Below are positions 17,919 through 27,656 of a DNA stretch of 64,000 nt, piece after piece. Every line of letters begins with the position of its first letter. The first letter of the stretch is position 1. The position numbers were made by a program, and so were the translations under genes. The notes below the pieces were generated by a model. It saw only the letters and a program-made list of their open reading frames with translations. It was not told the origin of the DNA and searched no databases. Source of the DNA: Methanoregula sp. UBA154 (GTDB lineage Archaea > Halobacteriota > Methanomicrobia > Methanomicrobiales > Methanospirillaceae); NCBI GenBank assembly GCA_002502245.1, contig DAPW01000017.1:39105-103104 (forward strand), read 5' to 3'.

Positions 17919-19451
17919 ATGGACATTGCACGGGCGATTGCCGATATGGAGGTGCAGGTCGGCCGGATCTCCCCGGTCCAGAAATTCCTGCTCGGCACTG
18001 ACGGGTCGGTCACCCAGATCCTCGAATCAATCACCGGGAAAAAAGTGGTCATCAGGACCCTTGTCCAGAAGGTTATACCTGCTGACCGGGTTGCTGCCGA
18101 GAACCTGAGTGTCGCCGAGGGCGACCCAATCAACTTCCGGATTGTGGAGATCCGGACGGAAGAGAGCGGGGAAGTGCTGATCTACGCGGTATCCCATACT
18201 CCGATCAACCGCCTCTCGCCGGCTTTTAAGGATGACCTGATGAAGGCAGATATTCCCATCGGGAGGATCATCAAACGTCACCATATCGAGGCACGTCGGG
18301 AGATCCTGAATGCCCGCGTTACGCCGGCTGATGACGAGATCAGCAGGGTCTTTGCGATCTGCAGGAACGAACCGGTCCTCACCCGGCAGTACCAGATCAT
18401 CCATGCGGATAAACCGCTCATCTTTATCGAGGAACAGTTCCCTTACAACCGTTTCCTTGATACACGCCGGGTCATCATCCGGACGCCCTCCCGGCTCCAT
18501 GTCACATTAATCGACATGCACGGGGGTTCCGGCCGGGTTGACGGCGGGGTTGGCATCACGCTGGACGAGCCCGGCATGCTGCTGGAGGCGGAACTCTCAC
18601 CGGTGCTCTCTGTGAGCGGGGGCGACCCGGCCCTGCAGGAACGGGTCCGCAGTATCGCAATGGACGTGCTGCAAAAACTCGGGGCGGGAGGGAGTGTTGC
18701 AATCACGGTCCGGAGTTACTTTCCGTCTCACGCAGGACTCGGGAGCGGGTCGCAGCTCGGGCTTGCCGTTGCCCGGGCAATAAGCGAACTCCATGGCCGG
18801 CACCTGCCGGTCAGGGAGCTGGCCCGGCTCGTGGGCCGTGGCGGAACCTCCGGTATCGGTACGGCAGCCTTCGAGTACGGGGGATTTATTGTTGACGGCG
18901 GCCACCGCTTCGGTGCCGGGGGCGAGAAGACTGATTTCCGCCCGTCCGCTGCATCCCGGGGTGTCAGCCCGCCGCCCATGATCGCCCGTCACGATTTCCC
19001 CTTGGACTGGCGCATCCTTCTCGCCATCCCGGCGGTCCCTGCCGGAGCAAGCGGGAAAATTGAGACGGATATTTTCAGGGACCACTGCCCGGTCCCGCTC
19101 GATGAGGTGCGGGAGCTCTCCCACGAGATACTGATGCGGATGCTACCGGGCATTGCAGGGCGCGACCTCGACCTGTTCGGCTCCTCGGTCAATGCCGTCC
19201 AGCACCTCGGGTTCAAGAAGGTGGAGCTCTCCCTCCAGCCCCCGCAGGTGACCGGTCTGCTCAACGTGCTGCGCGAGGCAGGGGCGGCAGGTGCCGGCCT
19301 CTCCTCGTTTGGTCCCGCGGTGTATGCCTTTGGCGACACCGGTATGGCGGGGATCGGGCAGGCTGCACAGGAGTTCATGAAAGAATCAGGAGGAGGAACG
19401 ACATGTATCACCGTAGCTCGGAACAGCGGGGCGGTGGTAAGGGTGGCGTGA
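17919..19451 (+). CDS. Chorismate-lyase-like (DUF98/UbiC fold) domain fused to beta-RFAP synthase (GHMP-kinase fold)
   Basis: N-terminal LLGTDGSVT..DIPIGRII..FIEEQF. C-terminal TPSRLHVTLID, RVDGGVG, HAGLGSGSQL, GRGGTSGIG, GGFIVDGGH and GLSSFGP. Confidence 0.9.
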   Translation: MDIARAIADMEVQVGRISPVQKFLLGTDGSVTQILESITGKKVVIRTLVQKVIPADRVAAENLSVAEGDPINFRIVEIRTEESGEVLIYAVSHTPINRLSPAFKDDLMKADIPIGRIIKRHHIEARREILNARVTPADDEISRVFAICRNEPVLTRQYQIIHADKPLIFIEEQFPYNRFLDTRRVIIRTPSRLHVTLIDMHGGSGRVDGGVGITLDEPGMLLEAELSPVLSVSGGDPALQERVRSIAMDVLQKLGAGGSVAITVRSYFPSHAGLGSGSQLGLAVARAISELHGRHLPVRELARLVGRGGTSGIGTAAFEYGGFIVDGGHRFGAGGEKTDFRPSAASRGVSPPPMIARHDFPLDWRILLAIPAVPAGASGKIETDIFRDHCPVPLDEVRELSHEILMRMLPGIAGRDLDLFGSSVNAVQHLGFKKVELSLQPPQVTGLLNVLREAGAAGAGLSSFGPAVYAFGDTGMAGIGQAAQEFMKESGGGTTCITVARNSGAVVRVA

Positions 19452-19599
19452 TGTTCCGGTTAAACCATCGCATCGTGGTCGTGCCGCGAATATCCGCCAT
19501 TTCAGGAATTATATGTTCATCATGAGCGATCTATTGTCACAAGATACTGGAGACCGGCATCTGCCTTGCATCAATGCCTTGCACCGGGGGAGAAGCGGT

Positions 19600-19745
19600 T
19601 AAAAATTAAAGAGTATATTTTTCGAAAGAAATAATACGAAATCAATTTCTTTTATGTTACTGACGGAAATTTTTTTTAAAAGGGATTTTTTCTGTTCTGA
19701 CAGGCATTAGAAAATTTAATATAATAGAATAGATAACTATCTGAT
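19600..19745 (+). promoter_or_regulatory. AT-rich promoter region of the histidine kinase pair
   Basis: Strongly AT-rich compared with the GC-rich surroundings, with TATA-like elements (AAATTTAATATAA, about 19711-19724). Confidence 0.45.
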
Positions 19746-19780
19746 TGCTCAATGCAGTCCGGTTATTTTACGGGATACAT

Positions 19781-22700
19781 ATGGAGAATTATAATCAGGA
19801 ACTCGAACAGATAAAAAGAGTTCTGCGGAGCTCAGCGAAGGGACTTACGGTCACCGAGATAGCCCGCCATATGCAGGTAAACCGGAATTCAGTAGCGAAA
19901 TACCTGGACATACTTCGTACGTCCGGCCTGGTTGAGATGAAAGCCGTGGGTTCGGCAAAAATCTACTCCCTCACCAAGCGTGTCCCAATCAGTTCAATTC
20001 TCAGCCTTTCCTCAGATTATATCTTCGTTTTGGACAATGATGCAAAAATTACATATGTCAATGACAATGTTCTAAATTTTGAACAGAAGACCGTTGAGGA
20101 GATTATCGGAAAAGACGCGGAAAGTGTATCCCTCGCATTTTTTTCCACGCCGGATATCCATAAACTGATAACCGAAGGGATAACCGGCAAGGAAATTATC
20201 CGGGAATTTGAGGTCGTAAAAGACGACCAGCACTTTTTTTTCCGGGCGAAATTCGTTCCGAGTATTCTTGAGGACCGGAAAAAAGGACTCCTCCTGCTCC
20301 TTGAGGATATCACTGAGGTCAAAAAATACCAGAAACAACTGGAAAAAACAGTCGCCGATCAGGACAAAGAGCTAACATCCTCGTACCTGAAACTCACCAG
20401 CGAACAGGAGATCAGTAAGGAGGTCAAGGATGCTTATGAGGAGAGCGAACGCCGGTACCATAACCTGATCGAACTCGCCCAGGAAGGGATACTGACCGTT
20501 GACATGGACGGGTTGATCACCTTCACGAACACGAAGCTCTCCGACATTCTCGGGTATCCCGCAGAGGATATAGATGGCCGGTCGATTTATTCGTTTACCG
20601 ATGAGAGAAATGCTGCCATTCTGAAAAGGAACGTTGCCCGCTTAAAGTCAGGAAACCCGCAGTGTTTTACCATAACCTTCACGAAGAAAGATGGTTCTTT
20701 CGTCTATACCCGGCTGACAGCATCTTCGGGTCGCGATCAGAGCGGAAAATATTCCTACGGGCTTTTCCTCATCTCCGATATCAGTGAACTGAAAAAAGCA
20801 GATGAGGCCGTACAACAGAGCGAACTGCATTACCGCAGGCTCATCGAGACGATGCCCAACGGCGTTATCACCATCAGTATGGATGGGATCATCCAGACTA
20901 CCAATATCCAGGCCGCGAAGATGCTGGGATGTGTAAAGGTTGAAGATGCCATCGGGAAGAACCTGTTCGATTACATCGCGCCAACCGATCTTGAGAAATG
21001 CACCAATGCCCTGAAGCGCGCAACGGACAGGGGATTCTCCAAAAGTACGGAATGTACCCTCATATCACAGGACAGTACCGGTTTTTGCGTGGAAATCAAC
21101 GTATCAACTATGAGAACTGATTTCAGCATCGCATCGGTAGGAAACCCCGGCGCGGCTCCAGTGGTGTATGTCTGCATCCTCTCGGATATCACGGAGCGCA
21201 GGAAGGCTGATTACCTTGTCAGAAAATCCGAAGAGAAACACCGGGCACTTGTCGAGGGGATCAGCAATATCATCTTCACAACGGATACAAAAGGTAAACT
21301 CACGTATGTAAGCCCGGTCATCAGTCACGTCCTGGGTTATGACCCCGCTGAGCTGGCCGGTAAACACTTTTACCGGCTTGCCCCGCTTGATGAACGGCAC
21401 AAGCTCGGCCTGATGCTCAAGAATGCCCTCCTGGATAAGACCAGCCCTGAATGGTTCAGGATGGTGGATAAAACAGGAAACCTTCACGATGTTCGGATCA
21501 TTGCACAACCGTACTGGGAAAAGGAAGAACTGTCAGGCATTAACGGGCTGATCGAAGATATCACTGATCTGAAAAAAGCTGAATACGATCTCAGGCAGAT
21601 CGAACTCCAGTATAAAGCGGTTGTTGAAGACCAGACGGACCTGATCTGCCGGTTTTATCCCGACTTTTCCATAACGTTCGTAAACCCGGCATTTTTTCGG
21701 TATTATCAGAAGCCCCAGAGCGAGATCCTGGGGAAGAACTTATTCACTATTGTTACCCAGAACGAAAAGAAGAAGATCCGGGAGATCACCGGCAACCTGA
21801 CGCCGGAACGGCCGGTAAAGACATTCGAACACGAGAGTGTCTCGGCCAAGGGAGTCCTGCACACGTATTATACAACGATCCGGGCAATTTATAATACAAA
21901 CAACGAGGTGACAGAGTTCCAGTCCAGCTCCCGGGACATCACCGAGCTCCAGCAATACTATGAGAAATCGCAGCACCTTCTTGAAGAACTGCAGATACAC
22001 CAGAGAGATCTGGAAGCCCAGAATGAGGAACTCATGTTGCTCCGTCAACAAGCGGAGCGCTCAGAACGGGAATACCTTGACCTGTATGACAGTGCTCCCG
22101 CCGGTTACTTTACCCTTGCTCCGAACGGGAAAATTACCCGGGTAAACCTGACCGGTGCAGCCCTCCTTGGCGAAACACGGGAACATCTCCTGAACAGGTC
22201 GCTCCAGGACTATATTTCTCCGGAGAACTGTGAAACCTTCCTTGCATTCTGCAGGCGGATCTTTGAATCGTCCAGGAAACAGAAATGCGAGATCACCCTC
22301 ATCCGGGCTGACACCGGTGAGCATCTGGTAATCCAGGCTGACGGCAAGAGAATCGAACTTGAGCCGGGAGCAGAGAAAACGTGCCGGATTGTCATGACGG
22401 ATATCACCGATCGCGTCGTGGCGGAGAAAACCTTAGGCGAGAGCGAGAACCGGTTAAGGGAGATGATTGAAGGCTCGTCAGTACCGACGTTCGTGATCGA
22501 TACGAACCATCAGGTAGTGTACTGGAATAAAGCGATGAGTGCATGTACCGGTTTCAGAGCAGAAGAGATGACTGGTACCACGCTGCACTGGAGAGGATTC
22601 TACCCGGCAAAACGCCCCTGTCTTGCTGATCTCGTGATCGATGGCGCTTCCGATGAGATCCTCCAACTATACCCGGATATCGCATCCAGGTCCCGGCTTA

Positions 22701-23509
22701 TCGAAGGTGCATACGAGGCGACCAATTTCTTCCCGTCAATGGGCGACAAGGGAAAATGGCTCCAGCTCACTGCATCACCCGTGTATGATACCCGGCAGAA
22801 TATCATCGCCGTACTCGAGACTGTCGTTGACATTACCGACCTGAAACTCGCTGAAGAGACGGTAAAGAGTGCCAATATAAAACTTAACGCCCTGACCAAG
22901 ATCACCCGCCATGACATCATCAACCAGCTGACCATCCTGCTGGGCTATGTCGGGATCCTTGAACAGATGCTGCCGGATAATACAGAGATCAGAAAAGATG
23001 CCGAGAAGATTAAAAATGCTGCACGCACGATCCAGGATCTTATCGCATTTACCCGGGAATACCAGAACCTCGGCATGGAACTGGCACGCTGGCATACGCT
23101 GGATCATCTCGTGAAAACTGCGCTGGACAAGGACAATGCCTGCTCGGTGAAGCTCAGGATGGATCCAAAACCCGTCTCGATTTATGCCGACCCGCTGATC
23201 GAGCGGGTCTTTGTCAACCTCGTGGACAACGCGATCCGTCATGGGGAGACGGTATCTGAAATCCGGGTGTCGTTCGTGGAATCAGAACATTCAGGAACGA
23301 TCATTTTCGAAGACAACGGGAAAGGAATCCCGGCTGCACAAAAGACCAGGATCTTCTCCAAGGGCTCCGGGAAGACCCCGAAATTCGGCCTCTTTTTATC
23401 CAAGGAGATCCTCGGGTACCATGATATCTCGATAAAAGAGACCGGCGAACCGGGGGTGGGGGCACGGTTCGAGATTGAAGTACCGAGGGGTAGGTATAAG
23501 GTCGGGTAG
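19781..23509 (+). CDS. wHTH + multi-PAS sensor histidine kinase
   Basis: N-terminal GLTVTEIARHMQVNRNSVAKYL wHTH; repeated PAS/PAC ends (EDITE, SDISE, SDITE, EDITD, RDITE, TDITD, VDITD); H-box RHDIINQL; N-box NLVDNAIRH; EDNGKG and FGL. Confidence 0.93.
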   Translation: MENYNQELEQIKRVLRSSAKGLTVTEIARHMQVNRNSVAKYLDILRTSGLVEMKAVGSAKIYSLTKRVPISSILSLSSDYIFVLDNDAKITYVNDNVLNFEQKTVEEIIGKDAESVSLAFFSTPDIHKLITEGITGKEIIREFEVVKDDQHFFFRAKFVPSILEDRKKGLLLLLEDITEVKKYQKQLEKTVADQDKELTSSYLKLTSEQEISKEVKDAYEESERRYHNLIELAQEGILTVDMDGLITFTNTKLSDILGYPAEDIDGRSIYSFTDERNAAILKRNVARLKSGNPQCFTITFTKKDGSFVYTRLTASSGRDQSGKYSYGLFLISDISELKKADEAVQQSELHYRRLIETMPNGVITISMDGIIQTTNIQAAKMLGCVKVEDAIGKNLFDYIAPTDLEKCTNALKRATDRGFSKSTECTLISQDSTGFCVEINVSTMRTDFSIASVGNPGAAPVVYVCILSDITERRKADYLVRKSEEKHRALVEGISNIIFTTDTKGKLTYVSPVISHVLGYDPAELAGKHFYRLAPLDERHKLGLMLKNALLDKTSPEWFRMVDKTGNLHDVRIIAQPYWEKEELSGINGLIEDITDLKKAEYDLRQIELQYKAVVEDQTDLICRFYPDFSITFVNPAFFRYYQKPQSEILGKNLFTIVTQNEKKKIREITGNLTPERPVKTFEHESVSAKGVLHTYYTTIRAIYNTNNEVTEFQSSSRDITELQQYYEKSQHLLEELQIHQRDLEAQNEELMLLRQQAERSEREYLDLYDSAPAGYFTLAPNGKITRVNLTGAALLGETREHLLNRSLQDYISPENCETFLAFCRRIFESSRKQKCEITLIRADTGEHLVIQADGKRIELEPGAEKTCRIVMTDITDRVVAEKTLGESENRLREMIEGSSVPTFVIDTNHQVVYWNKAMSACTGFRAEEMTGTTLHWRGFYPAKRPCLADLVIDGASDEILQLYPDIASRSRLIEGAYEATNFFPSMGDKGKWLQLTASPVYDTRQNIIAVLETVVDITDLKLAEETVKSANIKLNALTKITRHDIINQLTILLGYVGILEQMLPDNTEIRKDAEKIKNAARTIQDLIAFTREYQNLGMELARWHTLDHLVKTALDKDNACSVKLRMDPKPVSIYADPLIERVFVNLVDNAIRHGETVSEIRVSFVESEHSGTIIFEDNGKGIPAAQKTRIFSKGSGKTPKFGLFLSKEILGYHDISIKETGEPGVGARFEIEVPRGRYKVG

Positions 23510-23626
23510 AAAACTGGTTTTATATTCACGGATTTACCATAAAATTTTCAGATAACCATTAATCCTCCCGACTACCTTTTATTGATTATTGTCCGGAGGC
23601 ACTGAATCAAGGGAACGTGAGTTATC

Positions 23627-25315
23627 ATGCAGGATCAAGAGGATGAAATTACCCGGATTCGCGCAATATTGAAGGAAAACCCAAAAGGTATCACGATCGA
23701 AGAAATTGCCAGAAAACTACCTTTGAACAGGACCTCAACCGCAAAATATCTTAATACTCTTCAGATATCCGGCCAGGCTGAAATGCGGACATTTGGTCGT
23801 GCCAAGGTATACACACTCTCTCAACGCGTCCCCTTCTCGCAGATGCTAAACCTGTCTTCTGATCTCCTGCTGGTGCTCGATCAGAACCTTGTCATACTGC
23901 AGGTCAATGACCCGTTCACCAGAGTGTTTGGCCATACTGCTGACGATCTTATTGGAACCTCGATCGGACAGTCCGGATTGTTACTTCCATTGTCAGAAAA
24001 ATATCTCTCCCGTATGAGGGACTCCATCACGGGTAGTGAACACGTAACAACGGACCGTCTTGAGATCAAAGGTACGGAATATTTTTTTAAGATCAAACTG
24101 ACGCCTGTTGTTTTTGACCAGGGGGGGCAGGGGCTTGCGGTCATCCTCGAAGATATTACCGAGCTGAAAAAATATCAGCAGCATCTCGAGCAGCAGGTTT
24201 ATGAAAGAACGAAAGAACTGGTACACGCAAACGCACAATTACAGGCGGAAAGCAAAGAACGGATGAGATCACAGGCCGCTCTTGAACAGAGCGAGCAGAA
24301 ATATCGTGAACTTGTAGAAAATGCCAACAGTATCATCCTGCGTGTTGATGACCGTGGTATTATTACCTTCTTCAATGAATTCGCAGAGAAATTTTTTGGC
24401 ATATCCCAGGCAGAAATTCTTGGAAAAAATATGTTCGGCCCGATTATTGCGGTAAAAGACAGATCAGAAAAAGAGATCGCAGAGTTGGTCCGGACATTTC
24501 TTAAAACCACGGAATACCTCACATTCAACGAACTCGAATGTTTGCGAAGAGATGGCGAACCGGTCTGGGTTGCCTGGACAATCAAGCCGGTTGCCGGTTC
24601 ACATGGAATGGCATGCGAGTACCTTATTGTTGGCATGGATATTACGGAACGAAAACAGGTTGAAAATGCCCTGTATCAGGTCAATACCAAATTAAACGTA
24701 GTAAGCAGTGTGGCACGTCATGATATCCTCAATAAACTCACGATAATTTCCAGTACCCTGTCCCTGCTGAAAGAGAGTATCACCGATCCGAAGATGACAG
24801 ATTTTTTAAACTATGCGGAAACTGCAACGAGTGCCATAACGCGTCAGATGGGGTTTACCCGGGAATTCAAAAATATGGGAATGGAAAAGGCCGACTGGCA
24901 GGATGTTGATGAGACCATCCATACCATGCTTGACAATAATTATGGGACCGGAATGGGTTTTGATCTCCGGTTGAACGGTCTTGAAATTTTTGCTGATTCC
25001 TGGTTGAAAAAGGTGTTTTTCACGATGACGGATGCCATGATCCGATACGGGCTCCCGATAAATACCATTCACCGGTCATACAAGGAATCCGAAGATGGTC
25101 TTTGTCTGTTTTTTGAAGGGGATGGCAAAGGGATACCTGTGGATCAGAAGGAGAAAATATTCGAACAGGGGTACGGCAATACGAATGGTTTTGGGTTATT
25201 TTTAGCCCGGGAAATACTGGCTGTAACCGGGATTGCCTTAAAGGAAACCGGGGATCCGGAAAAGATGGTACGGTTTGAGATCCATGTCCCAAAACGGGGG
25301 TACCGGTTTAAGTAA
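23627..25315 (+). CDS. wHTH + 2xPAS histidine-kinase-like protein with degenerate HATPase
   Basis: GITIEEIARKLPLNRTSTAKYL wHTH and H-box RHDILNKL. The N-box reads TMTDAMIRYG and the G1 box reads EGDGKG. Confidence 0.9.
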   Translation: MQDQEDEITRIRAILKENPKGITIEEIARKLPLNRTSTAKYLNTLQISGQAEMRTFGRAKVYTLSQRVPFSQMLNLSSDLLLVLDQNLVILQVNDPFTRVFGHTADDLIGTSIGQSGLLLPLSEKYLSRMRDSITGSEHVTTDRLEIKGTEYFFKIKLTPVVFDQGGQGLAVILEDITELKKYQQHLEQQVYERTKELVHANAQLQAESKERMRSQAALEQSEQKYRELVENANSIILRVDDRGIITFFNEFAEKFFGISQAEILGKNMFGPIIAVKDRSEKEIAELVRTFLKTTEYLTFNELECLRRDGEPVWVAWTIKPVAGSHGMACEYLIVGMDITERKQVENALYQVNTKLNVVSSVARHDILNKLTIISSTLSLLKESITDPKMTDFLNYAETATSAITRQMGFTREFKNMGMEKADWQDVDETIHTMLDNNYGTGMGFDLRLNGLEIFADSWLKKVFFTMTDAMIRYGLPINTIHRSYKESEDGLCLFFEGDGKGIPVDQKEKIFEQGYGNTNGFGLFLAREILAVTGIALKETGDPEKMVRFEIHVPKRGYRFK

Positions 25316-25447
25316 AGGGATAAAGCGGGAGATCGTTTTCGGGTGACGTGCAGAATCATCCCATTGGCCATGTACGTGACCCGGTATTACGCGTGGATCA
25401 TCAGAAAATCACATCACCGCGGATAAAAAAGAGAATTCAGAGAATAA

Positions 25448-25939
25448 TTACAGGTACGACAATACCAGCGGTTCTTCGATTATCTTGTAGGTCTTGCCGT
25501 TACTGGTGAGGTAGACCTGCACAAAGTCGGTGCCCCGGGTGCCCTCGATGACAAGCTCGTCCCCGCGCCGGGGTTTCCGGTCGCCGTCGTTCATGAGCTG
25601 CTGGACCACCTGACCATTGCTGAGGGTGACCTTCATCATGATATTCTGGACAGCCACCTCGCCCTTCCCGCCATTATAGAGAAGGTGGATGGATGAGTCA
25701 GGCCGCTGTTTGGAAAGTACAAGATCCACGAATTGCTCTTCGGGCAGCGTTTCAACCGGTATGGGTGTGGGGATGACCGTGGTTACGGAGGTCGTGAGAG
25801 GCGGAGATGTGGGGGGGGCGGTGGTACCGGCGGTTTTGATCCCGGCCCCTGTCGGGCTGGTGCAACCGGCAAGGAGCGCACATAGTATCAGCCCAAAGAA
25901 GACCATGATGAGAGTTTTCTGCATACAGAGTGCTTTCAT
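25448..25939 (-). CDS. Putative lipoprotein
   Basis: Hydrophobic signal ending in a LLAGC lipobox, followed by a Thr/Pro-rich linker. Confidence 0.75.
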   Translation of the reverse strand: MKALCMQKTLIMVFFGLILCALLAGCTSPTGAGIKTAGTTAPPTSPPLTTSVTTVIPTPIPVETLPEEQFVDLVLSKQRPDSSIHLLYNGGKGEVAVQNIMMKVTLSNGQVVQQLMNDGDRKPRRGDELVIEGTRGTDFVQVYLTSNGKTYKIIEEPLVLSYL

Positions 25940-26109
25940 TTTTGCGTATTTCTGGTTTGTGCTCGGGTACCCCGCGGGGGATAATTACGGTTTTCCGGTT
26001 TATTTCCAGCAGCGACAGTTCCGGGCGCGCAAACAGCATAAAAAGCGGGATCGAACAGTTAAATTAAAAAGGACTCCGGATTAATTTTACCTATCAGGAG
26101 TCTAAGGGA

Positions 26110-26718
26110 ATGTTCTGTCCTAAATGCGGAAAAGAGACTGATGCATCCGGAAAATTCTGCCAGTGGTGCGGTGCGGATATTGCCGCGGTCCCGGCAAATC
26201 CCATTGTAACATCCGAAGAGGAGGAGTGCCCGGATATCGGTGTTTATGCAGGCCTTGGAAGGAGGTTTATCGCGTTCGTTGTCGATGCCATCATAATTTT
26301 ACTCTTCGATCTGGTCGCGATGACCGTGCTCGGCCTCACCCGGGGTGTCCAGAACTCGTACTTCTATTTCGTCCAGCATGTGCCCGCACAGCAGCTGACC
26401 ATCGAAGGAACTATGGGCGCTCTCTACGGATCCATAATCGCTGCCTTTGGCGTGCTCCTTATTGTGATCCCGTGGCTGTATTTCGCCGGGTTCGAGTCTT
26501 CCCGCGGCCAGGCCACACCCGGCAAACTGCTGGTGCATATCGTGGTCACCGACATGGCCGGCAACAAGCCCACCTTTGCCCGGGTCACGCTCCGGCACTT
26601 TGCCAAGTTCGTTTCTGCCCTTATCATCTTTATTGGCTTCCTGATGATCGGGCTTACGAATAAACGGCAGGGGCTCCATGACCGGATCTCCGGCTGCCTT
26701 GTTCTCCTCCAGGACTAA
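26110..26718 (+). CDS. Zinc-ribbon + RDD family membrane protein
   Basis: CPKC/CQWC ribbon; RRFIAFVVD, QATPGK and RQGLHD RDD motifs. Confidence 0.9.
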   Translation: MFCPKCGKETDASGKFCQWCGADIAAVPANPIVTSEEEECPDIGVYAGLGRRFIAFVVDAIIILLFDLVAMTVLGLTRGVQNSYFYFVQHVPAQQLTIEGTMGALYGSIIAAFGVLLIVIPWLYFAGFESSRGQATPGKLLVHIVVTDMAGNKPTFARVTLRHFAKFVSALIIFIGFLMIGLTNKRQGLHDRISGCLVLLQD

Positions 26719-26798
26719 AACACTTTCATACCATTTTTCTTTTTAACAAGGATTGTCTGACAGTGGACATCCTCTGTGGAGATTAAATCCGTTACCAA

Positions 26799-27065
26799 TT
26801 AAAAAAAAGGATCACGATGTCTGACTTTCATCCCGAGCAGGATGAGGATCAGGACGAACGTGATCACGTTTGCCGCAATAATCGGCATTGAACCGGTCCA
26901 CAATCCGTAGAAAGTCCAGAGAAGGATACCCAAGGCGAAGAGGAGGAGCATGGCAAGCGAGAGGTCACGCGTCTCTCTGAGCTTCCATGCCCGGAGAACC
27001 TAGGGTACAAAGGACAGGGTTGTGAGGGCGCCTGCAATATAACCGACAAGAATGATTGTGTCCAT
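26799..27065 (-). pseudogene. SemiSWEET / PQ-loop transporter with an in-frame TAG (absent from the ORF track)
   Basis: Manual translation: MDTIILVGYIAGALTTLSFVP*VLRAWKLRETRDLSLAMLLLFALGILLWTFYGLWTGSMPIIAANVITFVLILILLGMKVRHRDPFF. The TAG is at 27002-27000. Confidence 0.85.
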
Positions 27066-27224
27066 GATCTCTTTCGATAGTATGTATCCTTAAACAATTT
27101 GAAACCTGCAGGAATCGACAGCCCTTATGGGGATCCAAGGGATCCAGCAGGTGAGGGTTCCTGCGAGATCGAGTCAGCGGCAATAAACCACGTCCACTGT
27201 TCCCACACGATAGAGAAAAAATGG

Positions 27225-27656
27225 TCAGAACATCACGCGGGGTGCATCACTTTCCCGCATATTATCTGCCATGGTCCAGAAATACGCTTCGCCATGGGCG
27301 ACCCGGAACATGGCCAGTTCCCCGCCCGCTGGCGCTGCAGCCAGCAGGTCCTTTATCCATGGCCGGTCGCGGAAGAGCCGCTCCTCAAGGGCTTTGTCCT
27401 TTAGAAATTCAACCTTCCCGGCAACCCGCATCATCGTTCCCGCACCCTCGCCGGGTTTGAAGAAGCAGAGCTCCAGCTTCGGGTTCTTCTTCAGCTGGTC
27501 AAAGATCTTCTTCGGTGTCCCCGTATGATAGTAAAAACCGGTATCATCCGCAAACCACATCGCGAACGCCCTGACCCGCGGCTGATCTCCTTCGGCAGTA
27601 GCGATATAGGTCACCGGGTTCTCGGTTGCAAACTTCACGCATGCAGAAAAATCCAT
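27225..27656 (-). CDS. Pyridoxamine 5'-phosphate oxidase-family (split-barrel flavin-binding) protein
   Basis: YIATAEGDQPRVR, FYYHT..K and QLKKNPKLELCF. Confidence 0.88.
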   Translation of the reverse strand: MDFSACVKFATENPVTYIATAEGDQPRVRAFAMWFADDTGFYYHTGTPKKIFDQLKKNPKLELCFFKPGEGAGTMMRVAGKVEFLKDKALEERLFRDRPWIKDLLAAAPAGGELAMFRVAHGEAYFWTMADNMRESDAPRVMF

